Shown here piece by piece: positions 41,701 to 48,916 of a stretch of 64,000 bases of DNA; within the stretch, counting starts at the first letter, position 1, and each line of letters starts with the position of its first letter. The stretch comes from Octopus bimaculoides. Its lineage: Eukaryota. The position numbers and the translations under genes are program-made. Location of the stretch: contig NC_068986.1 in the NCBI RefSeq assembly GCF_001194135.2, forward strand, positions 21,556,457 to 21,620,456, written 5' to 3'. Under the pieces are notes generated by a model. That model saw only the letters and a program-made list of their open reading frames with translations. It ran no database searches and was not told where the DNA came from.

Positions 41701-41854
41701 AAAAGAAGTTGAAGACGATGACAAAGATCATACAGCTCAGCCCGGTGCCAAAAACAACACAGTGCCATCGGTGCCATCATCACATCGCAGTAATTCACCA
41801 TCTCCATCTCAACATCCAACTTTGTTGACTTTAACAGAAGGCGGTACCGACTAG
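612..41854 (+). CDS. SYMPK: Symplekin (pre-mRNA 3'-end processing scaffold), 32 coding exons, about 1250 aa; span includes introns
   Basis: Manually spliced exons translate to [123 protein letters not shown], matching symplekin as I recall it (N-terminal HEAT and C-terminal Symplekin_C regions). All introns are GT-AG with consistent phase. Confidence 0.97.
745..821. repeat. (TAT/TAC)n microsatellite
   Basis: Direct trinucleotide repeat in intron 1. Confidence 0.9.
1556..1853. repeat. (CA)n/(TA)n microsatellite spanning N gap 1606-1773
   Basis: Seen directly. Confidence 0.9.
3685..3892 (+). mobile_element. RTE-clade LINE 3' end with (GAT)n tail
   Basis: ccaacccatgctagcatggaaagcggacgtta..gatgatgat terminus shared by many copies. 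Confidence 0.85.
3987..4055 (+). CDS. SYMPK: Symplekin exon 2 ([23 protein letters not shown])
   Basis: tttcag/ acceptor, /gtttgt donor, phase 0-0. Confidence 0.93.
4674..4950 (-). mobile_element. RTE-clade LINE 3' end
   Basis: Reverse complement of the same terminus. Confidence 0.85.
5507..5560 (+). CDS. SYMPK: Symplekin exon 3 ([18 protein letters not shown])
   Basis: ttccag/ and /gtaagt; conserved peptide. Confidence 0.95.
6933..7006 (+). CDS. SYMPK: Symplekin exon 4 ([24 protein letters not shown])
   Basis: tttag/ and /gtatgt; conserved peptide. Confidence 0.95.
7968..8094 (+). CDS. SYMPK: Symplekin exon 5 ([30 protein letters not shown])
   Basis: tttcag/ and /gtgaat; DENVNV motif. 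Confidence 0.95.
8907..9013 (+). CDS. SYMPK: Symplekin exon 6 (WLSQSK..ESLND)
   Basis: tttcag/ and /gtaagc; phase consistent. Confidence 0.93.
10157..10220 (+). CDS. SYMPK: Symplekin exon 7 ([21 protein letters not shown])
   Basis: tttcag/ and /gtaagt; GIRTH motif across the junction. Confidence 0.95.
11348..11551. mobile_element. piggyBac-type MITE
   Basis: TTAA TSD on both sides; TIR ccctttcgttac/gtaacgaaaggg. Confidence 0.85.
11643..11794 (+). CDS. SYMPK: Symplekin exon 8 ([15 protein letters not shown])
   Basis: poly-T caag/ and /gtatat. Confidence 0.93.
12207..12304 (+). CDS. SYMPK: Symplekin exon 9 ([23 protein letters not shown])
   Basis: taaaag/ and /gtaaag; conserved peptide. Confidence 0.94.
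13441..13595 (+). CDS. SYMPK: Symplekin exon 10 ([27 protein letters not shown])
   Basis: tttcag/ and /gtaaga; near-invariant peptide. Confidence 0.96.
15546..15721 (+). CDS. SYMPK: Symplekin exon 11, interior lost in an N gap (V...[14 protein letters not shown])
   Basis: Acceptor tacag/ at 15545, N gap 15549-15678, open basic frame to donor AAG/gtgtgt; phase 0 fits both neighbours. Confidence 0.7.
16330..16488 (+). CDS. SYMPK: Symplekin exon 12 ([25 protein letters not shown])
   Basis: aatag/ and /gtgagt; DITAE and LVLISM motifs. Confidence 0.94.
17351..17509 (+). CDS. SYMPK: Symplekin exon 13 ([26 protein letters not shown])
   Basis: tatag/ and /gtaagt; QIKHLARL motif. Confidence 0.96.
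17575..18000 (+). mobile_element. RTE LINE 3' UTR with 66-bp tandem repeats and (GAT)n tail
   Basis: aaaaagcac recurs at 17645, 17711, 17777. Confidence 0.85.
18560..18638 (+). CDS. SYMPK: Symplekin exon 14 ([26 protein letters not shown])
   Basis: ttacag/ and /gtgagt; poorly conserved linker, called on phase fit. Confidence 0.8.
19685..19755 (+). CDS. SYMPK: Symplekin exon 15 ([23 protein letters not shown])
   Basis: ttgcag/ and /gtaagt; phase 1-0 fit. Confidence 0.8.
20159..20295. repeat. 16-bp minisatellite (atcgccatgtgtaatt-like), 8 units plus a partial unit
   Basis: Units start at 20159, 20173, 20189, 20205, 20221, 20237, 20253, 20269, 20285. Confidence 0.9.
20330..20737 (+). mobile_element. 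tRNA-derived SINE family A, full length with central (TA)/(TG) tract
   Basis: tRNA-like head ggcgcaagcatggctgtgtggtaag with B-box-like ggttc; related copies near 5790, 9080, 9790, 15200(-), 26170(-), 27440, 38200(-), 50215, 57230(-). Confidence 0.85.
20868..21086. mobile_element. piggyBac-type MITE, second family
   Basis: TTAA TSD; TIR ccctttagcatt/aatgctaaagag; related copy from 41047. Confidence 0.75.
21276..21390 (+). CDS. SYMPK: Symplekin exon 16 ([26 protein letters not shown])
   Basis: tgaag/ and /gtaagt; AVxRIL motif. Confidence 0.92.
21754..22090 (-). mobile_element. RTE LINE 3' end
   Basis: (CAT)n followed by the reverse terminus. Confidence 0.85.
22492..22578 (+). CDS. SYMPK: Symplekin exon 17 ([23 protein letters not shown])
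   Basis: tttcag/ and /gtgagt. Confidence 0.94.
23330..23560 (-). mobile_element. tRNA-derived SINE family C (related copy about 15860-16060)
   Basis: Reverse tRNA-like head (aatcgaaacc..cactcagcca) and shared gcaat..aaatga..ttgc.ca.gaac.caac core. Confidence 0.6.
23666..23861 (+). CDS. SYMPK: Symplekin exon 18 ([23 protein letters not shown])
   Basis: tttag/ and /gtaagt; WLYQEY motif. Confidence 0.96.
24298..24379 (+). CDS. SYMPK: Symplekin exon 19 ([17 protein letters not shown])
   Basis: tttcag/ and /gtatgt. Confidence 0.95.
24881..24994 (+). CDS. SYMPK: Symplekin exon 20 ([22 protein letters not shown])
   Basis: ttccag/ and /gtaggt. Confidence 0.93.
25472..25701 (+). mobile_element. 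tRNA-derived SINE family B, intact, with 11-bp TSD
   Basis: aggataagaag at 25461-25471 and 25702-25712; A/B-box-like head; central ctttcatcctttcggggtcgataa core that resembles a Deu/Nin-type SINE domain (recalled, not searched). Confidence 0.85.
26046..26114 (+). CDS. SYMPK: Symplekin exon 21 ([23 protein letters not shown])
   Basis: tccag/ and /gtatct. Confidence 0.92.
28076..28157 (+). CDS. SYMPK: Symplekin exon 22 ([20 protein letters not shown]..)
   Basis: tgtag/ and /gtaagt. Confidence 0.92.
28490..29560 (+). mobile_element. Degraded RTE-clade reverse transcriptase fragment
   Basis: [38 protein letters not shown] motifs with stops and frameshifts. Confidence 0.88.
29859..29949 (+). 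CDS. SYMPK: Symplekin exon 23 ([29 protein letters not shown])
   Basis: tttcag/ and /gtaagt; conserved peptide. Confidence 0.95.
30068..30137 (+). CDS. SYMPK: Symplekin exon 24 ([23 protein letters not shown])
   Basis: tctag/ and /gtatgt. Confidence 0.96.
30571..30804 (+). mobile_element. R4/Dong-clade non-LTR retrotransposon 3' end within a (TAA)n tract
   Basis: Encodes [17 protein letters not shown] followed by a (TAA)n tail; (TAA)n also upstream. Confidence 0.72.
30805..31750 (-). mobile_element. Cluster of four SINE family B copies in the same orientation
   Basis: Four repeats of ggcaaagtcaacc..tttgaactcagaat-like segments near 30915, 31208, 31457, 31675. Confidence 0.75.
31825..32109 (-). 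mobile_element. Young RTE LINE 3' end running into N gap 32110-32722
   Basis: Near-identical to copies at 33142, 37063, 51319 and 61839. Confidence 0.9.
32815..32923 (+). CDS. SYMPK: Symplekin exon 25 ([36 protein letters not shown])
   Basis: tttag/ and /gtaaga; near-invariant peptide. Confidence 0.97.
33142..33714 (-). mobile_element. Young 5'-truncated RTE LINE
   Basis: [32 protein letters not shown] end, 3' UTR and (GAT)n tail. Confidence 0.92.
33749..33849 (+). CDS. SYMPK: Symplekin exon 26 ([33 protein letters not shown])
   Basis: tttag/ and /gtaaat. Confidence 0.96.
35407..35491 (+). CDS. SYMPK: Symplekin exon 27 ([28 protein letters not shown])
   Basis: ttccag/ and /gtaagt. Confidence 0.96.
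35956..36175. mobile_element. piggyBac-type MITE, same family as 11348
   Basis: TTAA TSD, matching TIR and internal sequence. Confidence 0.85.
36327..36431 (+). CDS. SYMPK: Symplekin exon 28 (..[21 protein letters not shown])
   Basis: tgtag/ and /gtatgc. Confidence 0.96.
36866..37493. mobile_element. Older + strand RTE 3' UTR with a young - strand RTE 3' end nested at 37063-37255
   Basis: 66-bp repeats, then reverse terminus, then forward terminus. Confidence 0.8.
37627..37814 (+). CDS. SYMPK: Symplekin exon 29 ([28 protein letters not shown])
   Basis: tgtag/ and /gtacca; highly conserved peptide. Confidence 0.97.
38453..38629 (+). CDS. SYMPK: Symplekin exon 30 ([23 protein letters not shown])
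   Basis: ttacag/ and /gtaaga. Confidence 0.97.
39747..39854 (+). CDS. SYMPK: Symplekin exon 31 ([17 protein letters not shown])
   Basis: ttgcag/ and /gtatgt; AHIP motif; the donor choice is less certain. Confidence 0.88.
41435..41854 (+). CDS. SYMPK: Symplekin terminal exon 32, low-complexity P/S/T/E-rich tail to TAG
   Basis: ttctag/ acceptor, 139 open codons, poly(A) signal 100 nt after the stop. Confidence 0.82.
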   Translation: MKVPTVEGTDTATPNQPTESTAPESQPKATEEKPNDEESQNLPLPLAVVSVPLLTQPSSVPSQQFPKTQTTSEVPQEIETLSTPAVVHEKEVEDDDKDHTAQPGAKNNTVPSVPSSHRSNSPSPSQHPTLLTLTEGGTD

Positions 41855-41880
41855 ATTTTCATATTGGAAACGGTTTCATA

Positions 41881-41990
41881 TGTACATTTAATTACACCCA
41901 CTGTAAGCTATTTACTGAATTGTTGAAGTATGAAATTAAATCTTTTTTGTACAAATAAATAACTGGTTCAGTGTTTTCACTTTCTTAATG
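41881..41990 (+). terminator. Canonical polyadenylation signal of symplekin
   Basis: AATAAA at 41954-41959; TGTA at 41881, 41902 and 41948; downstream GT/T-rich gtgttttcactttc. Confidence 0.72.
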
Positions 41991-42582
41991 TAACAGCATA
42001 GAATCACATTTGGCCAGTTTGATAAGGTCCCAGCTTACCAACCTAAATACCAACAGTTCATATGTTGGCTTTGCATTAATACTCTTGGGCAAGAAACTTG
42101 GCTTCTACTGGCCTACTTCTCCTAATCATAACTGTCACCTGTTAGTATCACTTTTCACCATAATAAGCAAGAGTGCCATATAATTAACAAGTACAGGTGA
42201 CTCTACTGATTTTCCAGTGACTGATGATTTGGTACCTCTTTTAATCCAGACATAATTATGTGTGGTCACTTAGATTTCTCCTGGCCATTATTGATAATAA
42301 TTTTGCTATCAAGTCTTTTTAACATGACTGAAGTTGTTGACAGAATGTAGGATATGAAAGCTTTATTTTTTTTTTGTTTTCATTCATATTCACTAGATAC
42401 ATTAAAAAAAAAAATTCCCTGTGGTATGGTTTTTATTGAAATGTTTTGTTGTTTGTGTTCGTTATTTGGTAGAAATCCTTTTCCAACAGAAATTGATTTT
42501 ATCTTTCAGTTGGAGTTATTTGATTGTATTACTCATGTTTTTCAGTACGCTAGTAATATACACACACACACACACACACACA

Positions 42583-43850
42583 TAATTAATGAAAGAGACA
42601 GAAGGTGGAAGATACGAGAATCTTTATTGATCACTAAAATCTATTTGAGCCATCTAACATTGATCCCTCACAGGTGGGATACTTAACTGGTTGAGGTGTA
42701 TCCCTCGGTGTAGATGTGTCTCTTCAGAAGATCCATCAAGCCAAGTAAGATTGTAATCATGTCCAATGCCAGTGTCACGTAACTGGCCTGTTAAAAGCAC
42801 CCGTCAAACGTTGGGCAATATGCTGTGCTTGTGAAGACCTTTCGAACCGAATAAAATCATAGTCGTAGCCGATGCCAGTGCCATCTGACTGGCACCCATG
42901 CCGGTGGCACATAAAAGGCACTGTTCGAGCATAGGGCCTCATAGCGGCAGTGACAGGTGACCGAGACCTTTAGCAATATACCATACTTGTGTAGACCTGT
43001 CAAGTGAGACTGTAGCTGTGGTCGAGGTCAGTGGCACCTGTGCCAGTGGAACGTACAAAACACCCACTACACTCTCAGAGTGGTTGGCGTTAGGAAGGGT
43101 ATTCAGCTGTAGAAACCTTACCAAATCAGATCGGAACCTGGTGCAGTTCCCCGGCTTACCAGTTTTTCAATCAAACTGTCCAACCCATGCCAGCATGGAA
43201 AACAGGTGTTAAAGGATGCTGATGATGATCTTGTTAAAATAAACTTTGTTTCGCACAACTTATTTCTAGATGTTTTCTTCTTGGTCTTCATATATAGAAA
43301 TGGAAAATTAAGGGATACAAGCGTCATTCTTATAGAAGATCCTTAACAAAGATGAGATACAAAAAGAAACAAAAACAATACTGCGAAAAGATTATTACAT
43401 ATAACCATTAATAGACATGGATGTATAAACGTCCACAATACGTGGTCTGGCACATGCACACTCGCTTGTACAAATGCATACATACAAGCATGCCTCTTGG
43501 TGAGGAATCATATACTCTGTTGTTATATGTAATAATTTTTTCATTGTATTGTGTATTTGTTTGTTTTTGCATCTCATCTTTGTTATGGATCTTCTATAAG
43601 AATGAAGCAGTATCCTTTAATTAGCCATATCTATATACGACGACCAAGAAGAAAACATCCAGAAATACGTTGGGTTTATTTTAAAGAGACACCTCTTGAA
43701 ATCATCTGAAGAGACACATCTACACCGAGAGATACATCTAAACTAGTACAGTATCCCAATCACGAGGGATCGAAGCTAGATGGGTCAAAATGATTGTAGT
43801 GATCAATAAAGATTCTCGTTTCTTCTGTCTTCCGTCTCTCTCATTAATTA
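42583..43850. mobile_element. Long foldback (inverted-repeat) element with an RTE fragment inserted in the left arm (about 42730-43232)
   Basis: 42583-42727 pairs with 43706-43850 (about 83% by hand count); 43233-43402 pairs with 43520-43682. Confidence 0.75.
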
Positions 43851-43941
43851 CATATTCAACAAACACTGTGAAAGGGAACGTGCTTTACAGGCAAACTTCC
43901 AGGTCTATACCATAGGATTTATTAAGTTCTAACTAACTATA

Positions 43942-43988
<47 letters not shown>

Positions 43989-44169
43989 NNNNNNNNNNNN
44001 NNNNNNNNNNNNNNNNNNNNNNNNNNNNNNNNNNNNNNNNNNNNNNNNNNNNTATATACATACATACATACATCACAAATCACAAACCCCTTCAGGTTGA
44101 TGGCCCTGCTTGATCTGTAGAAAAGGCTTAGGTAGAAACTCCATTCGATGTACCCAGTGTATGCTATGG

Positions 44170-45208
44170 ACACATAAAAGGTGCAGCAATATCAAATGAA
44201 GGTTAACCTGGAAGATGGTTTTCGTGTGTGGCAGATGCACAGGGAAAATAAACACCGAAAATGTACAGAAAACAGATTCCATTACATGCCAGGGGGAAAA
44301 ACTAAAAGTAGTTGATAGCTTCCACTACCTAGGCGACCAAGTCTGTAGGGTGGTGGTGGTTGCTCTGAGAGTATAGTGGCTAGAATAAGAATAGCCTGGA
44401 CAAAGTTCAAGGAGCTCTTACCTTTGTTGACAACTAAGGGCTTCTCGCTCAGGATGAAAAGTAGACTGTATGATGCATATGTGCAGTCATGCTACACGAC
44501 AGTGAAACATGGGCCATTTGAAAGAAATGAAGCTAGTATGATCTGCTGGATGTGTAATGTCAGTGTGCATACACAGCAGAGTGTGAGTGCCCTGAGAGAA
44601 AAGTTGGACGTAAGAAGCATCAAATGTGCAAGAGAGACGATTACGCTGATATGGTCATGTGTTACATATGGATGAGGAAGTGCTACACCCTAACTGTGGA
44701 AGAGGTAGACCCAGGAAGACATGGGATGAGGTGGTGAAGCATGACCTTCGAATGTTGGGCTTCACAGAGGAAATGACAGGAGACCGAGACCTTTGGAGAT
44801 ATACTGTGATTGAGAAGACCCGGCAACTAAAGGGAGATTGCAGCCATGGCTGATGCCAGTGTTGCATGTTCGGCCCATTTAAAAGTATCCTTGATGTGTT
44901 GGGGATATTATATGCTTGAGAAGACCTGTTGAGTCAAGTAAAACCAAAATCGTAGCTGTGGCCAGTGCCCCCTAACTGGCTCCCATTCCGGTGGCACGTA
45001 AAATGCATCATCCGAACATGGTCGATGCCAGTGTCCCATGACTGGTTCCCATGCCACCGGCATGTAAAAAACACCCACTACATTCTCGGAATGCAGAAAC
45101 ATTGCCAGATCAGATTGGAGCCTGGAGCAGCCACTGACTTTCCAGAACTCAGTCAAACCATCCAAACCATGCCAGCATAGAAAACCGACGTTAAACGATG
45201 ACGATGAT
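44170..45208 (+). mobile_element. Degraded RTE LINE 3' portion
   Basis: RIRIAWTKFKELLPLL, RLYDAYV, GRPRKTWDEVV peptides, then 3' UTR and GAT tail. Confidence 0.9.
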
Positions 45209-45453
45209 ATATATATATATATAACTTGGAAAAGGATGCGTGGCGTTCGATCATATAATATAAATATATGCATATATCCATACATATATGTACATACCTA
45301 CATCTATATGTATACATACATGCATATATGGGTACAGGACATCAAAAAAACTTTAAACACAATGAGAACCGAAAACATAAAAACGAAAACAGAAAGAAAC
45401 AACGAAAGAAAAAAAACAAACAGAGAAACGAGACATGCAACATAAAGAGTATA

Positions 45454-45515
45454 CTCCTTCGTCAGTTGTCCCTGTTCCATCTACTCCGTGTTTCGAAGGC
45501 AAGGACAATACGCGA
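45454..45515 (-). ncRNA. Candidate hammerhead-like ribozyme with permuted strand order
   Basis: Minus strand carries GUA-UUGUCC, CUUC-GAAA-CACGG and GGACAA-CUGACGA-A-GGAG; three helices can be drawn but the topology is non-standard. Confidence 0.3.
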
Positions 45516-46040
45516 CTTCGTTGGAACAGTCCTTCCCGCAAAGCAAATTAAATAAAATTTGGGGTCTTTTGCGGAGGGCGAAAGTGTTAACAAGAACAGG
45601 ACAGTTAGAACAAGACAGTAAAAACAAACGGTGAGGGCTGTTGAGCCAAGATGATAGAAAAATTATTATGAACGCTAGGTAGATGAGCAATGAGAGAAGA
45701 GACAGAAAAAACACATCTTTTCTTTAGGAAGGCGGTGGACAGAAAGAGAGATCCCCTTTCGTCATGTGTCAGCGACGAGAGGGTCAAGGAGGAAAAGTTA
45801 GAGAGAGAGAGGGAATGGTGAAAAGGAGAGAAGAATAGAGAAAGGGTGGGAGAGAAAAACAGAAAGGATGAAGAACAAGAGAGGGAGAGAGACAGACAGA
45901 GAAGAGATAGTAGAAGAGTGCGCATTGTAATTATTAAGATAAAACTTACTTGGATAACTTACTCTGCAAAAGATCCCAAATTTTATTTAATTTGCTTTGC
46001 AGGAAGGACTGTTCCAACGAAGTTGCGTATTGTCCTTGCC
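45498..46040. repeat. 79-bp inverted repeat (45498-45576 / 45962-46040) around a 385-bp purine-rich spacer
   Basis: 75/79 identical by manual alignment. Confidence 0.92.
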
Positions 46041-46066
46041 CAACTTCTTCAATTTTGACTTTTTTT

Positions 46067-46187
46067 CCTAACACTAACCCTAAAACCCTAACCTTAACCC
46101 TAACCCTAAAACCTTAAAACCCTAACCCTAGCCCTAACCCTAACCCTAACCTTAACCCTAACCCTAAAACCCTAACCGTAACCGTAA
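46067..46187. repeat. Interstitial telomere-type (TAACCC)n array, degenerate
   Basis: About 19 hexamer/heptamer units, TAACCC with TAAAACCC, TAACCT and TAACCG variants. Confidence 0.9.
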
Positions 46188-46298
46188 GTACAGAAATGTT
46201 TTGAAATTTTTGTCCGAATCATAATGTCCGTATTTTTCTGCATACTTAGAAAAAAAAAGAAGAAAAAAATTCTGAAAAAAGTGAAAAAATGAAGGAAA

Positions 46299-46432
46299 TG
46301 GGGATAGGGGGGGTAATTTAGAAATGTCGATTTTTGCCAATTTTTTTGGCAGATTCGTATTCCCCGTAGCCGAAAAGTGGGATTTGTGTCGAAAAAAAAA
46401 TTTAAAGGTGTTTGGGGGGCTGGGGCGGAAGT
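46299..46432 (+). promoter_or_regulatory. G-rich candidate SCFD2 promoter with overlapping GC-box/ETS motif
   Basis: GGGGCGGAAGT at 46422-46432 (Sp-type GGGCGG plus ETS CGGAAGT), G runs, local CpGs. Confidence 0.35.
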
Positions 46433-46499
46433 CTTGCCCGTACCGTTTCTTTTTAAGATAGTATGATGCGTTTTGAGAGAAATTTAGTTGTAATTTCTA

Positions 46500-46616
46500 G
46501 CAAAGTCACTGGTTGCTCGAAGCTCCCACGTTGTTTCGTCTGCTATCATTGACACATCACAGTCATATAAGAGTTATCTAACTTAGTTTCAATGCTGGAG
46601 CCATTTTAATAGATCG
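46500..46616 (+). other. Putative non-coding first exon of SCFD2 (start approximate)
   Basis: CpG-containing segment ending in strong donor CG/gtaagt at 46617; next acceptor ctacag/ at 48716 precedes the ATG. Confidence 0.4.
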
Positions 46617-47299
46617 GTAAGTTTGTTTATTATAATTTATCTGCCGCAATATTCGATTATTTTCGTCGGTTTCAAGGTTCTGTAGAATATTAGCAGTTTT
46701 AAGATCTTTGAAATATGCATTGCTATAAAGTGATTGCACTTACTTATTCTTCATTGATATTTTAAACAGTTTATCTTTAATTTACCCTGACATCACCGTT
46801 TAATTAACCATACTTTTAATAGTGCTTGTTTAATATTTGTATATAAATACATAAATATCATTACCAAAGGAATTGTACAAATATCTTGAATATTGAACCA
46901 AAGAATGAAATATGGAAATGTTTTGAATAAATATGATAACCATATAGCTTCCATATGAAAATTCCCAATGCATACAAAACTATATGTAAGCAAAATGAAA
47001 CTTTAACCATAATTCTCAATGAAGTAAAATACCTTTAAATTTCGTGTGAATACCTTCTTAACAAAACTTGTGCATAATATATGTTGATATTAGACACCGA
47101 AATCTCTATTTCTTAGGTGAAATTTTGGTAAGGTTATTTATTATAAAAATGATGCCATATTTTAGTGTTCAATTAGGGCGTGAAGAGCGGTACTTACAAG
47201 AGAGATACTTTGCAGTTGCTAAATTTGGCCCCAGAGCTGTCTTTGGTTCATTGGAAGTTGATAAATAAGAACCAGTTACAACTAGTTCGTGTCTTTCCT

Positions 47300-48530
47300 A
47301 CTTGAAGAAGAGAGAATTGTTGACATTCAAGTGTTCAACTTAGAGCTTAGCTTAATGATTGAGCACACCTGTAATTAAAGACGTTTGGACCATGAACGTC
47401 TCGTCTTACTCTTGAACATTGCGTATCTAAGGTTTTCTCACCTCGGCAAAAATTACGAAGCTGGGAAATGCGCACCACAAACTTAATTATAAAGCTTCAT
47501 CACACAGGTATATTCTTCTACAACATGGATCTGGATTTTAGACCCCTAAAACTGTTGGCAGTGATGTAGAGTCTACTGACAAGAGCATGTCTGAATTTAC
47601 TGGAAGCTTCTAATCAGGATTTTAAATGTTAGTGACACAGGGCAACGCTAGTTGGAGGCTAAATTTAAAATGGAAGCAGCTCCCTACAGGTGTATGACTA
47701 GTGTATGTAAGAACTGTGATGCTCACTCCAGTTGGGAAAGGTGCCTAAAAATCGTCCACTCATCTCACTTCCTGGAAAGGAAGCTGCACCTGTTAGGAGA
47801 TTCCATATAGCAGTCGTAAAAACATGAAACAATATACTACTCAGGTTTGTCATGAATAATATACAAACACTGTTTGATGTTGATATAAACAATTCAACAA
47901 GCTCACACCAGCAACAACTAGCTTTGATAGTCATGAAGTTCAGGTGCTAAAGTGTAAGTATTGTTGTCCTCAGTGAGACTAGACTACTTGGAGAAGATTC
48001 TCTTAACAAGGTCGTGGTGTACTGTAGATTCTTTTAAAAGGACATCACCAACAAGGTGTTAGGTTTACTGTAAGGAACAGGCTGCTGTTTAATTTGACTG
48101 AGATATCAGTTTGCACCAGTGAGCAGTTAATATTTGTATTTCCTTTGCAGAAGACCACTGTATCACATGACTGAATGCCTGTGCACTAAGCTTTCCATCT
48201 GTCAGTGACAAAGACAGTTCCTATCAGTTCAGGTACTAACCAAAATAGCATTCTCTAACTGTCAAACTGAAAGCTTCAGACACAATCATCTCTTCTGGAG
48301 TTGGCATGGTTAAGAAATGGTCATCCTTAAGTTCCATGGTGTTAAAATTACTGAGAAGTAATTATTTTGACTGTGCCTTGCTCTTACTTGTACTTGCAAT
48401 GGCATTCACCCTGGGGTGGATTGAGCCAGCTCTGACCAATGAGTTCACCATGTCCCTTACGAATGCTGACCACATCCGACAGTCAACCTTAATGTTTCAG
48501 CAAGCAAAGTAATGTTTCTGCTTGCAGCCC
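47300..48530 (-). mobile_element. Possible highly decayed CR1/L2-type LINE fragment
   Basis: More balanced base composition than the intron; weak HL*GAAS (like HIWGGAS) remnant near 47690; many stops. Confidence 0.3.
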
Positions 48531-48742
48531 AAATATCCAGCTTGTAAATTTGACAAATTCCCCACCAGGAGAGCAAGGTATATTGTTCATGTTTGGATTT
48601 ATTGCCTAATAAATCAAAATTGGCTTCCTTGTTGAATATTTTCTAACACCATTTTATTGTAAGAGTTATTTTGCTTTAAAAATACTTTTGATCACTTTTC
48701 TTTTTATTTTCTACAGATTCTTTTCATGCTAAATAATACTCC

Positions 48743-48916
48743 ATGAACACCCTTTCAGCCAACGCAGACAGTTTATGGTCTACACTTTGTATCAAATTGA
48801 AACATAGTGTTGTATTTATTGATAATGTATCTTCTGAAATCCTCCATTGGAATGGTGGCCTCACAAGAATTGTAAAAGCTGGAGTTAATGATGTTAGAGA
48901 GTTTTCTTCTTTTGAG
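48743..48916 (+). CDS. SCFD2: SCFD2 coding exon 1 (MNTLSANADSLW..EFSSFE)
   Basis: In-frame TAA at 48734 upstream fixes the ATG; donor /gtatga. Confidence 0.88.

Noticed and set aside
41595-41828. Alternative-frame and antisense ORFs over the last symplekin exon
   Set aside because: Shadow ORFs of a coding exon with no recognisable motifs.
43312-43616. Apparent Kolobok-like MITE with TTAA flanks
   Set aside because: The inverted symmetry continues well beyond the TTAA on both sides, so it is the core of the larger foldback element.
43706-43770. CTGAAGA in the foldback arm as a second hammerhead
   Set aside because: No GAAA strand or closing stem II could be drawn in either arm.
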